64,000 bases of DNA from Eledone cirrhosa (taxonomy: Eukaryota). Position 1 is the first letter of the stretch. Every line of letters starts with the position of its first letter. The notes beneath the pieces are model-generated. The model was not told where the DNA came from and made no database searches. It saw only the letters and a list, made by a program, of their open reading frames with translations. The DNA is taken from positions 38,793-102,792 of the forward strand of contig CAXHJY010001736.1 of the NCBI GenBank assembly GCA_964016885.1, written 5' to 3'. Shown here piece by piece: positions 39,201 through 52,074 of the stretch. Made by a program: the position numbers and the translations under genes.

Positions 39201-42200
39201 TAACTTACTGACTTGCTATATATATATATTTAATTATTTATTTATTTATTTATTCTGTATACTTTACATACGTACATACACATACGCGCATACATACACA
39301 CACACATATATACACATACATACACACATATACACATACATATATATACACGCGCATACACACAAACTATATATACATATATCTACAAACCTGTAGGCTT
39401 TCTCTGTTTCTTTACTGGGGGAGAGTCACAGAAGCACCGTGCTAAGGTAGGCAGCTTGTTTTGATATTATTTTAATTACTACTACTACCACTCTGAAAAT
39501 TTCATTGGGACTCTCTAAATACTGTGGGTCAGGTCAGCAACCTCTCTCACCCACCCCCAACTATGGCCTCAATCCGCTACTGCATACGATATAAAAATAT
39601 TAAATTCCTTGTACATTATAAAGTATTAAGAGACGAGATGTTCTCATTTGTCTGTGATGTAGTGTCTTTTATGCATTCTTCACAGTGCTGGACTTACTTG
39701 TAAGCTATAGTTTAAGGTCACACATCCTCCAGGGGGCCTCATTTAAAAAAGAAAAATGTTATCACAAGTTTTTATTCTTTATATAAAAGATAATAATTAT
39801 ATATACATGTTTTTTTATTTTTTTATTTTAGAGAAGGGCTTCAAATTTCATATAGTTTAAGGTCTCGAGCAGGCCTTGATTTCCTAACTAGAGAAGGTGA
39901 GAGGGCTGGAAAAGATTTTAAATAGCTTCAAATTGGGAGTGGGGCCACCTGAGAAGTGAAACGGTTATAATTATATATACATATTTTTCTTTATATATTC
40001 ATATATTTTTTAGGGAAGGGCCTCAAATTTCATATAGCTTAGGGTCTCAAGCAGGCAAGCGAAAGCCCGGCTCTAATTTCCTACACTCGAAAGGAAACCT
40101 AACCAGAGAAGGTGTGAGGATTGGAATAGATTTTAAATAGCTTCAAATTGGGAGTCGGGCCAGCCGAGAATCGAACCCGAATCGCCAAGACGAGGATGTT
40201 TGTATTTGCTGACTTATGCACCGTTCTATTAATAAAAACATATTTTCTTTATAAAACTCAACATTACAACCGGGTGGGAAAGGGGGTCTGTTTATAAAGT
40301 GTATAACATATACATATATATTCATTAAATTGACTATACCATTATAATCATCATCATCATGTCCTCGGGCGATGGATTGGCAAAATCGCTATAGCTTTGC
40401 ATCATTTAGTTACATCCCTTTACGTTCTGAGTTTGAATCCCGCCGAGGTTAGCTTTGCTTTGCTTTTCATTCTTTGAGGGTCGATAAAATAAAGTACCAG
40501 TCATGCACTGGGATCGATTTAATCGATTTTCCTCTCCCCCCCCCTCTATTTTGTTGGCCTTGTGCCTAAATTTGAAACCATTTACGTCCCTTTGCGGTCT
40601 GAGTTCAAATCCCGCCGAGGTTAACTTTGCCTTTCATCCTTACGGGGGTCGATAAAATAAAGTACCAGTAATGTACTGGGATAATTGCTGGCCTTGTGCC
40701 AAGAGTAGAAACAATTATTATTATTATTATTATTTGGGAAGTATCATCTTTCCGGGATCGGTAAAATAAAGTACTAGTCTCAATTATCGATTTACATACC
40801 CCCACCCACCACCACCCCCAAAAATTACCGACCTTGTGCTAATGCTAGAAATCATTAAAAAAGGGCCGTGGGTTACGAGAATTGGTAAAGGGTCGGATAA
40901 AGTCCCTTGTGGTATTTAATTACGACCCGAGTTCAAATCCCACCAAGGTCAACTTTGCCTTTCATCCTTCTGGGGTTGTCTGTGCCAGATTTATTATTGT
41001 GCCTAGGTGCCCTTAAGCACTGGGCCCCTTTGGCCGGGTTATCCTCCTGCCAAAAAAATTGTTTACGGTGAATTACTTCCTTCGGGGCCCAACTAAGGGG
41101 CCTCAAAACTTAACTAGCACAAGGCCTTATTTGTCTTAAATCCGACGCTGAAAGTACGAGTTAAAAACTGGGACGATTTAATCAGTTTTCTCTTTCCCTT
41201 TAAAATTGCTGGCCTTGTGCCTAAATTAGAAATAATAAATATTATTATTTGTGGACTCTGACTTGGATTGGCAGAATCGGTGGAGCGTCGGACCATATGC
41301 TTTGCAACATTGAGTTACAACCCTTTACGTTCTGGTTTGAAATCCCGCCGAGGTTAGCTTTGCCCTTCATCCTTACGAGGTCGATAAAATAAAGTACAAG
41401 TTAGTGTTGGGGTCAATTTAAGTGACTTTCTCCTCACCACTTCAAATTGCTGGCCTTGTGCCTAAAGTAGAAACAATTATTTGTGGACTATGACCAGATA
41501 ACGAGAGTATTCTGACCAAAGACTGTGTAACCCGTTCTGAAATGCCATCAGCCAGGCCTACCAGACCGTGTCTTCACTCATTTGTTCAGTAATCCGAGTG
41601 TTTGCTGACCTGTGGGATTACGTCAAACAACTGTTATTGTTTTGTTGGATAATGCGGTGAAATAGCAGTATCCGTAGAAGGTCGGACGTTATGCTTTACA
41701 GCATAGAGTTACTGTCCTTTACGGTCTGAGTTCAAATCTCGCCGAGGTTTACTTTGCCTTTCATTTTTACGGTGTGGGGTCGATAAAATAAAGTACCAGT
41801 AATGCACTGGGGTAATTGCTGGTCTTGTGCCAAAAGGTAGAAACGATTAGTATATCGGACAACATGCTTTGTGGCATAGAGTTACAGCCCTTTACGGTCT
41901 GAATTTAAATCCCGCCGAGGTTAGCTTTGCCTTTCATCCTTACGGTGTGGGGTCGATAAAATAAAGTACCTTTGAATTACAGATACAGTAATTCCATCCG
42001 AGGGGGCTTCCAAACAGTTTCCATCTAGCAATTTTACTCAAAGGTCCCGGGTCTACCCGAAGATGTGGTAAATAACACTTGCCTAAGATACCACGCCGTG
42101 GGATCGAACCTGGCACCTAAGAATTGCTAAGCTAACTTCTTAACCATTCGACTATGTTGCATCTAGAAGGCGCATGGCTTAGTGGTTAGAGAGTTCGATT

Positions 42201-42945
42201 CGCAAGCGTGAGATCGTGAGGTTGCGAGTTCAATTCTCGGACCAGGCGATGCGTTATGTCCTTGAGCAAGACACTTTATTTCACGTTGCTCCTTCTGCCA
42301 GGAGTTGCGACCGATAGAGAGTCTTAGCAATTGGAAAGACCAACGGAAACATTGGTTTGACGAAAGTTGATCGATTGTCTATATTGTGCGTTGAGTATTT
42401 ATGTCACTGATATTGTCCAGATCAACCATATCGGGATTTCTTCCTTTGTCCGATTTGCCGAGGTCCACCCCACTCGGCAAGGTCTAGGATCTTGTCGATC
42501 GATCAGCGCGAGATCATCTAGAACAGTGGTTCTAAACCTGCGGGTGTGTCAGATTCAGGTTTTTCTCTTATGATGACATTAGATCTTTTCCATACCTGTG
42601 TTTCTGTATCGATCCGGAGGCGATAAAATAAATTTATCAGTTAAGTACCAAGATCGATATAATCGAATGCCCCCCCCCCCCCCAGAAAAAAAAATTATTG
42701 GTCTAAGAATTATCATTATTGCACACACACACACACACATATACTATATATATTCCTTCCTAATATTGTACACACATATATACATATATGAGTTCAAATC
42801 CCGCCGATGTTAGCTTTGCCTTTCATCCTTACGGGGGTCGATAAAATAAAGTACCAGTAATGCACTGGGATCGATTTAATCGACTTTCCCCTCCCACCAA
42901 ATTGTTGGCCTTGTGTCAAACTCAGAAAACATTATTATTATTATT

Positions 42946-43255
42946 CTGACCATGCATCTATAGGCTAGCTAACTTGAGGAGAGGGGTGCTCTCCCTGGGT
43001 GCCCTAGAAGCGCAGGGTGGTTCAGGATTGGTGGGGTACCCGAGTCACCCCAGGGTCGTCCACCCCCTATCGGGGAATTTATTTTGTTATATTTATGCAT
43101 AGTTTATTTTATAGTTTTTATATCTTCATTGTTAAATTAGTCTTGCCATTGTGTACTTTTACTCGACCTTATTGTAAACCCCACTGTCCCTGTCTTTGTA
43201 TTGTCCCCTACATGTCGGCCCTTGTGACTAATAAATGAAATCGTTATTATTATTA
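42946..43255 (+). mobile_element. Probable LINE 3' UTR fragment ending AATAAA + (ATT)n; related copy at 53470-53745 (-)
   Basis: Shared ccccctat(c/t)ggggaattt and cccttgtg..taataaa in both copies, each with an ATT tail. Confidence 0.55.
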
Positions 43256-43631
43256 CTATTTGGCAGAATCGGTAGAGCGTCGGACACCATGCTTTGTGGC
43301 ATAGAGTTATGGCCCTTTGCGTTCTGAGTTCAAATCCCGTCGAGGTTAGCTTTGCCTTTAATCCTTACGAAGTTGATGTCGATAAAATAAATCACCAGTA
43401 ATGCATTGGGGTCGATTTTCTCGACTTTCCCATCCCCTTCAAATTGTTGGCCTTGTGCCTAAAGTAGAAACCATTACTATTATTATTATCCTTATTATTA
43501 TTATTATTTTAATTGACAGAATCAGTGGAGCGTCGGACACAGGGAATTATATTATTACTATTGATATTATTGGATGATAAAAATGATGCAAGACCGCAAA
43601 GGTAAAGTGGAAAACGCTATTTTCTTAATTT

Positions 43632-43680
<49 letters not shown>

Positions 43681-43686
<6 letters not shown>

Positions 43687-43815
43687 AGATCAAAAGATGG
43701 TTAAAGGAGTTCCATGTATTTTATTATGCGCATTTAAAAAACAAACATGTTTGTTTTTGAAATGCGCATAATAAAATACATGGAACTCCTTTAACCATCT
43801 TTTGATCTTATATTA
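43681..43815. repeat. ~134-bp spacerless palindrome in (TA)n containing the 3' half of an HHR
   Basis: Centre aaaCATGttt; right arm GAAA-TGCGCAT-A-ATAAAATA. Confidence 0.88.
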
Positions 43816-43929
43816 TGTATACTCCAGTCCTACAAATTGTAGAGTGCTTCTTATCCGATATCTGCATTGCTTTATTGTACTACAATAAAACTCACCTCCT
43901 ACATTATATATATATATATATATATATGG

Positions 43930-44366
43930 AGAGCTTATATTTAATTTCTTGGGATTCAACAAGCTTAAAAATGTTTATAACTGATATAAAGCACTCAACG
44001 ATTTAGTGGGTTAAATACATAATATATTAATAAATGGAAACTATATTTATAAAACCATATTTATTTTATTATATATATTTCAAGGGTGACCAAGGTAAAT
44101 TATGGCGCGCTTTCATCAGATAAAATACAGATTTGTTTTATAAATAAATATTGACATACCCGGAAAAAAGACAACCCCAACGGTCGAAATATCCAGCAAA
44201 TTTCGACCGTCGAGGTTGTCTTTTTTCCGGGTATGTCAATATTTATTTATAAAACAAATCTGTATTTTATCTGATGCAAGCGCACCATAATTTACCTTGG
44301 TCGCCCTTGAAATATATATAATAAAATAAATATGGTTTTATAAATATAGTTTCCATTTATTAATAT

Positions 44367-44369
<3 letters not shown>
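43930..44369. mobile_element. Family C HHR element as fold-back: 170-bp arms (44021-44190 / 44200-44369), one HHR per arm, ~90-bp extra tail on left arm
   Basis: TATTTTAT-CTGATGA-stem II-GAAA-TATATAT-A-ATAAAATA on minus (~44057-44128) and plus (44263-44328, core variant CTGATGC). Confidence 0.88.
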
Positions 44370-44426
<57 letters not shown>

Positions 44427-44533
44427 TAGAAGTTGTATTTAATTTGTTGGAAGTCCGACAAACTATCCAGTGAATTTCCAACCGATAAGGTATGATTTTT
44501 ATGGGTACGTCTTTATTTATAAAACAAACTTTG

Positions 44534-44598
44534 TATTTTATCTGATGAAAGCGTACCAATGTTGTCTTGGTCGCCCTTGAAATATATATAATAAAATA
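44534..44598 (+). ncRNA. Type I hammerhead ribozyme, family C
   Basis: tattttat-CTGATGA-aagcgtacca...tggtcgccctt-GAAA-tatatat-A-ataaaata; 8-bp stem I. Confidence 0.8.
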
Positions 44599-44710
44599 GA
44601 TATGGTTTTATAAATATAGTTTCCATTTATTTAATATCATTGTATATATATATATCTCGTATATATAAAAGGAGGAAGTTATAGTTCACTTGAAGCATTG
44701 TGTAATGAAG

Positions 44711-45044
44711 TATAAACGTTTGTATTTATAAAGCCAAAACAATGCAGGTATGGATATAGAATATAAATGCAAATGCAAAAGATATTGTTGACAATTAGTC
44801 TTTTACCTTAAATTTATTTAAATATCCTTAATTTTCGAGATAATATCTCTTCTTCGGCAAGCTATTTAGAACGGAGGTTTAACCACTTTACTTCCCTCCG
44901 AAGAAGAGATATTATCTCGAAAATTAAGGATATTTAAATAAATTTAAGGTAAAAGACTAATTGTCAACAATATCTTTTGCATTTGCATTTATATTCTATA
45001 TCCATACCTGCATTGTTTTGGCTTTACAAATACAAACGTTTATA
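44711..45044. repeat. Fold-back with 147-bp arms and 40-bp spacer; HHR-like motif at the inner end (44895-44929)
   Basis: cct-CCGAAGA-aGAGATattATCTC-GAAA-att-A-agg (core U4 replaced by C). Confidence 0.85.
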
Positions 45045-45050
45045 TATATA

Positions 45051-45154
45051 TACATTTAAAATATATGATAAACACGAAATGTGTTTATATTAATAGCTAA
45101 CTTTGTCTGTTGCAATATAAACACATTTCGTGTTTATCATATATTTTAAATGTA
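45051..45154. repeat. Fold-back with 41-bp arms and ~21-bp spacer next to (TA)n
   Basis: tacatttaaa...gtttatatt / aatataaac...tttaaatgta. Confidence 0.85.
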
Positions 45155-45254
45155 TTTAACTGCTCGGAAGAGCCCCTTCCTGGAGCTTAATTATTGTAAA
45201 CGACTGAGAGTTTATTCTCAAAATATAATATAATATATATATATATATTAGTTT

Positions 45255-45640
45255 AATCAGAGTGTGGGCTTGTCTATAGTTAACCTTTAACCACCTGAGA
45301 TCTGGTCTGAAGTGTGGGTTTGTGTATAGTTTAACCTTTGGCCACATGAGATCTGGTCTAAAGTGTGGGCTTTGTCTATAGTTTAACCTTTGACCACCCG
45401 AGATCTAGTCTGGAGTGTGGGCTTGTGTATCTTTAACCTTTGATCACATGAGATCTGGTCTGAAGTGTGGGGTTGTCCCTTTACCATCCGAGATTTAGTC
45501 TAGAGGCTATGGTTGTGTCTAAGGCCTTACTTTAACCCCATATCCCCGAAAAGTTGGCCTGGAGTGTGGCGTTATATCTATGGGCTTTTATTTTACTCTG
45601 TATCCCCAAGATATGGTCTGAGACCTGGTCTGGAATAAAA
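45255..45640. repeat. Degenerate ~52-bp tandem repeat (gagatctggtctgaagtgtggg...)
   Basis: About 7 diverged copies. Confidence 0.75.
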
Positions 45641-45759
45641 GGGTCCGCTAAGTTTTATATCTGGAATTTGTAGATCCACCAAGGTCTAATCTGGAGGAAG
45701 GGACTGAGCCCATAGCTTTTGAAGGACCACCATGACTTAGTGTGGTTGATGTGGTTAAT

Positions 45760-48350
45760 GTTGGTAGTGGTGGCAGTAGTGGTGATAATGGTGGTGATGA
45801 GGGTAATGAGAATAGTGGTCGTGGTGGTAATGGTAGTGGTGGTAATGGTAGTGGTGTTAATGGTAGTGGTGGTAATATGGTGGTAGTGGTGGTGGTAGTA
45901 ATGGTAGTGGTGGTAATGGTAGTGGTGGTAATGGCAGTGGTGGTAATGGTGGTGGTAGTAATGGTAGTGGTAGTAATGGTAGTGGTGGTAATGGTAGTGG
46001 TGGTAGTGGTGGTGGTAATGGTAGTGGTGGTAATGTTGGTGTTGGTAGTGGTGGTAATGGTAGTGGTGTTAATGGTAGTGGTGGTAGTGGTGTTAATGGT
46101 AGTGGTGGTAGTGGTAGTGGTAGTAATGGTAGTGGTGTTGGTGGTAGTGGTAGTATTGGTAGTGGTGTTAATGGTAGTGGTGGTAATGGTGGTGGTAGTA
46201 GTGGTAATGGAAGAGATGGTGGTGATGGTAATAGTGGTGGTGGTGGTGGGGGTAATAGAAGAGGTGGTGGTAATGGTGATAGCGATGCTGGTGGTGATAG
46301 TAATGGTAGTGGTGGTGGTAATGGTGGGAGTAATGAGAATGGTGGTGGTAGTAATGGTAGTGGTGGTAGTGGTAGTGGTGGTCATGCTGGCAAAGGTCAG
46401 TCACACAGTTCTCTCAAATCAGTTCTCTCAAATCCCCCCACCCACTCACTACCATGAACCAACCCTCACATACCCCGCCACCTACATACCCCCGCCACCC
46501 ACATAACCCCACACATACCCACCACACACCACAACATATATACCCTCCTCTCCACCCACATAACCCCACATATACACACCACACACCACAACATACCCCG
46601 CCACCCACAAACCCCCCGTCATCCACATAACCCCACACACCACAACATACCCAAGCCCCCCCATACCCCCGCCACCCACATAACCCCACACATACACACC
46701 ACACACCACAACATACCCCGCCACCCACAAACCCCCCGCCACCCACATAACCCCACACATACCCACCACACACCACAACATACCCAATCCCCCCATACCC
46801 CCCCCCCCGCGCCATCCACATAACCCCACACATACCCACCACACACACCCAAGCCCCCCATACCCCTCCGCCACCCACATAACCCCACACATACCCACCA
46901 CACACCACAACAGACCCCCCAAAAAATTATTAGATCATAGTTTATTATGTAATTGTTTTCATGGAATTTGATAATCCGGCATGTTGATTGTTATTGTCGT
47001 TTGTATGTCCAGGGAGTGGCGGTGGTGGTGGTGGTGGTGGTGGTGGCGGTGGTGTTGATGGTGGTGGTGGCGGTGGTGTTGATGGTGGTGGTGGTGGTGG
47101 TGGTGTTGATGGTGGTGGTGGTGGTGTTGATGGTAGTGTTGATGATGGTGGTGGCGGTGTTGGTGGTGGTGTTGATGATGGTGGTGGTGGTGGTGGCGGT
47201 GTTGGTGGTGGTGTTGTTGACGGTGGTGGTGTTGGTGTTGATGGTGGTGGTGATGGTGTTGATGGTGGTGATGGTGTTGATGATGATGGTGGTGGTGGTG
47301 TTGGTGGTGGTGTTGATGGTGGTGGTGTTGATGGTGGTAGTGGTGGTGGTGTTGATGGTGGTGGTGATGGTGTTGATGGTGGTGGTGGTGGTGGTGGTGT
47401 TGATGATGGTGTTGATGATGGTGGTGGTGGTGTTGATGATGGTGGTGATGGTGTTGATGGGTGTGTGGTGTTGATGATGGTAGTGGTGGTGGTGTTGATG
47501 GTGCTGGTGGTGTTGATGGTGCTGGTGGTGTTGGTGGTGTTGATGATGGTGGTGTTGATGGTGGTGTTGGTGGTGGTGGTGATGGTGTTGATGGTGGTGG
47601 TGGTGGTGGTGTTGATGATGGTGGTGTTGGTGGTGTTGATGGTGGTGGTGGTGGTGTTGATGGTGGTGGTGGTGTTGATGGTGGTGGTGCTGGTGGTGAT
47701 GTTGGTGGCGGTGGTGTTGATGATGGTGTTGATGGTGGTGGTGGTGGTGTTGATGGTGGTGGTGGTGTTGATGGTGGTGGTGCTGGTGGTGATGGTGGTG
47801 GTGGTGGTGTTGATGGTGGTGGTGGTGTTGATGATGGTGGTGGTGGTGGTGGTGGTGTTGATGATGGTGGTGATGGTGTTGATGGGTGTGTGGTGTTGAT
47901 GATGGTGGTGCTGGTGGTGGTGGTGGTGGTGTTGGTGGTGTTGATGGTGGTGGTGCTGGTGGTGTTGATGGTGGTGTGGTGTTGATGATGATGGTGGTGG
48001 TGTTGATGGTGGTGGTGGTGGTGGTGGTGGTGTTGATGATGGTGGTGATGGTGTTGATGGGTGTGTGGTGTTGATGATGGTGGTGCTGGTGGTGTTGGTG
48101 GTGGTGGTGGTGTTGGTGGTGTTGATGGTGGTGGTGCTGGTGGTGTTGATGGTGGTGTGGTGTTGATGATGATGGTGGTGGTGTTGATGGTGGTGGTGGT
48201 GGTGCTGGTGGTGTTGATTGTGGTGATGTTGATGATGATGATGGTGGTGTTGATGGTGGTGGTGGTGATGGTGGCCAAAGTGATGGTAGTGGTGGTGGTG
48301 ATGCTAAGAATGGTGATCGTGATGATGATGGTGAGGATGATGATGATGAT
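45760..48350. repeat. (GGT/GAT)n-derived low-complexity blocks with an intervening CCA-rich minisatellite (46450-46915)
   Basis: Direct reading. Confidence 0.92.
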
Positions 48351-48611
48351 AATATATACATATATATATCTATACTTACATATCTATGTATATATACATA
48401 TATAAATCTATGTATATATATACATATATAAATCTATGTATATATATACATATATAAATCTATGTATATATACATATGTAGATAAATCTACCAAGAGTTT
48501 ACGGTAGTGTCCAATCCGTATGAAGAACTCAATGTATTCCGGATATCATGGAAAGAAGAGATGTAATGAAAAACCACTTTCGGTGAAAGATAAACGGTAT
48601 ACAGAGTCAAG

Positions 48612-49029
48612 ATAAAATATTAAACAAATAATGAATAAACAATTCCTTATATTAAACAAAAAAAGTTCATTATTTAACGATCGTTTCTAGGGTATATATG
48701 TGTTATAATTGGTATGCATATTCAACAGATCTATGTACAAAATTATACAAGATTATACAAATTATCAAGATTAAATATACATACCAAACACATATATACG
48801 CCGTCTTCAGAAATATTATTCAGATTATTTCTGAAGACGGCGTATATATGTGTTTGGTATGTATATTTAATCTTGATAATTTGTATAATCTTGTATAATT
48901 TTGTACATAGATCTGTTGAATATGCATACCAATTATAACACATATATACCCTAGAAACGATCGTTAAATAATGAACTTTTTTTGTTTAATATAAGGAATT
49001 GTTTATTCATTATTTGTTTAATATTTTAT
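48612..49029. repeat. 418-bp fold-back (204-bp arms, 10-bp spacer) holding two opposed HHRs with a very long stem II
   Basis: Plus HHR 48824-48972: attattt-CTGAAGA-[~116 nt]-GAAA-CGATCGT-T-aaataat; mirror copy 48669-48815. Confidence 0.9.
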
Positions 49030-49181
49030 ATATACATATATATCTATGTAATGAATTCAATGATATTAAATAAATGGAAACTATATTTATAAAATACAAA
49101 ATGTTATATACATATATATATATATGTATATATATATACATATATATATATACATATATATATATGTGTATATATATATAC

Positions 49182-49225
<44 letters not shown>

Positions 49226-50345
49226 CTATATACATAGATATATATACGTATATATATATATATCTATGTATATATATATCTATATACATAGATATATATG
49301 TATATATATACATAGATATAGATATATATACATAGATATATATGTATATATACATAGATATATATGTATATATATGTATATATACATAGATTTATATATG
49401 TATGTATACATAGGTTTGTAAATGTATATATACATAGATTTATATGTATATATACATAGATTTATATATGTATATATTGTATATATACATAGATACATAA
49501 GTATATATACACACCTTACCGCTGCATTAAGCGTGGCCGAAACTCGAGTCCGGGAATAAGTATAGGCACCCGTTTTACGTGTTGTATTGAAGCGAATAAC
49601 TGTGTGTATACTCTGGGAATGTATCTTACATTACCTATTGAGTACGCTGAGATACAACCGCTCCTGGCATTGATAAATGTGGTGGGTCTGTCAACTCCTT
49701 AGTAATGGATTGGCAGTATCGGTAGAAGGTCGACGCCATGCTTTGACGTATAGAGTTATGGTCCTTGCCATTCTCAGTTCAGATCCCGCCGAGGTTAACT
49801 TTGCCTTTTATGCTTACGGGATCGATAAAATAAAGTACCAGTAATACACTGGTTTATTTATTGCTGGCCTTGTACTAAAACTAGAAACAATTATTAAATA
49901 TATAGCCCCGTTTTTTCCTCATGTGCTTTTTCATAAATACACATGAAGGCGAACTAGCCAGTTTTAGAATTCCCTTTTTCGGACTATATTACTGTGAGAG
50001 CCCTGGTTTTCTGTTGAGCTCTGCTGATGAATGATATTCCAACCGTGACCATCTCCACTGAAAGTTTTCATGAAATAGTCTTTTAAGACTATACAGAGCA
50101 TTTGATGTTATTCCAAATTGAAGGATAAGTGTTTCAAACTTTGTTTTATCATGAGTTAAAGGTCTATAGATTTTTCCATGGATTTTACTAAATTCTGTGG
50201 ATGAATTTGTATCCTGATTCTCTTTTGAGATGAGTTTGAGTTATTTTTCCTAAATCTTTCGTTAACTACTTTTCCCATCTTGACGTTATAGTCGCATATA
50301 TGTTATAGAATGCCGTTAGCTTCTTGCTAAAACAATCTCTATACG

Positions 50346-50411
<66 letters not shown>

Positions 50412-50412
<1 letters not shown>

Positions 50413-50622
50413 AAAGTTTTATTTAAAATTGTTGGGTTACAACAAGTAAATATTTTATAACTGATATAAAGCACTCGACAAGTTTTGGAGTAGATATACG
50501 ATATTAAACAAATGGAAACTATATTTATAAAACCATATTTATTTCATAATATGGTATCCACGAAATATGTATAATGAAATAAATATGCTTTTATAAATAT
50601 AGTTTCCATTTGTTTAATATCG

Positions 50623-50624
<2 letters not shown>
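50412..50624. mobile_element. Family C fold-back (arms ~50496-50549 / 50571-50624) with HHR 3' half and left tail
   Basis: cGAAAtatgtatAatgaaata; tail tataactgatataaagcactc shared with 43975-44000. Confidence 0.8.
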
Positions 50625-50656
<32 letters not shown>

Positions 50657-50820
50657 TAACAGATTAAAGTTTAAGCAAAGAATCGCTGCTTTCACCCTTA
50701 ACGGGATCTTCTGATATATTTGATATATAGTTATGCTTATCGAGCCCTCTTTGGATTTTAGTCTTCAAATTTATTATAATTACTATATATATATATATAC
50801 ATATATGCTGAACTTCCATT

Positions 50821-50854
<34 letters not shown>

Positions 50855-50856
50855 TC

Positions 50857-50991
50857 AAATATTAACAAAAATAGATATTCTTGTGATCAATTAAATTTTG
50901 TTATACATATTTCAGTACTTAATTCAGTACCTCTGAAATATGTATAATAAAATTTAATTGATCACAAGAATATCTATTTTTGTTAATATTT
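50857..50991. repeat. Fold-back with 59-bp arms and HHR 3' half
   Basis: ctGAAAtatgtatAataaaat at the start of the right arm; similar to 58570-58635. Confidence 0.8.
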
Positions 50992-51189
50992 CAATTAATA
51001 TTAATAACTCTTGAAAATATTTTTTAGTAGAGTGTTTCCAATCTACTGTAAAACTCATTCTTTGATATACTCATTGAATCTTGTTTAACTCTTTACCTCG
51101 GATAGACAGATAGAGAAAGCAGATAATGAACCCCCCCCCCCTCTCTCTCTTTACCTCAGATAGATAGATACATAGATAGAAAGTAAGGG

Positions 51190-51950
51190 ATTTCTCCCTT
51201 CCTCTCTAACACTGTCTATATCTTTACCTCAGATAGAAAATAAAGGATTTCTCCCTGTCTCTCTTCCTCTCTAACACTGTCTATATCTTTACCTCAGATA
51301 GATATATAGAAAGGGATTTCTCCATGTCTCCCTTCCTCTCTAACACTGTCTATATCTTTACCTCAGATAGATATATAGAAAATAAGGGATTTCTCCCTGT
51401 CTCCCTTCCTCTCTAACACTGTCTATATCTTTACCTCAGATAGATATATAGAAAATAAGGGGTTTCTCCCTGTCTCCCTTCCTCTCTAACACTGTCTATA
51501 TCTTTACCTCAGATAGATATATAGAAAATAAGGGATTTCTCCATGTCTCCCTTCCTCTCTAACACTGTCTATATCTTTACCTCAGATAGATATATAGAAA
51601 ATAAGGGATTTCTCCCTGTCTCCCTTCCTCTCTAACACTGTCTATATCTTTACCTCAGATAGATATATAGAAAATAAGGGATTTCTCCATGTCTCCCTTC
51701 CTCTCTAACACTGTCTATATCTTTACCTCAGATAGATATATAGAAAATAAGGGATTTCTCCCTGTCTCCCTTCCTCTCTAACACTGTCTATATCTTTACC
51801 TCAGATAGATATATAGAAAATAAGGGATTTCTCCCTGTCTCCCTTCCTCTCTAACACTGTCTATATCTTTACCTCAGATAGATATATAGAAAATAAGGGG
51901 TTTCTCCCTGTCTCCCTTCCTCTTTAACACTGTCTATATCTTTACCTCAG
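51190..51950. repeat. 73-bp minisatellite, ~10 copies
   Basis: cctcagatagatatatagaaaataagggatttctcc... period 73. Confidence 0.95.
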
Positions 51951-52074
51951 CATTTCTCAATCAGCTGACTGGGAACTGCTGAACACGCGCTGTAAGCGTG
52001 GTTTCGTCCTGAAGTCGACGTGATCACACAATGCTCTCACAACACATAACTTACTCATCATAAACATTGATTCA

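Noticed and set aside
44158-44196. Extra HHR at the centre of the 44-kb fold-back (cggaaaaaaGAC..GTCGAAATATC)
   Set aside because: No valid CUGANGA box or stem I, and it is antisense to the element's native strand.
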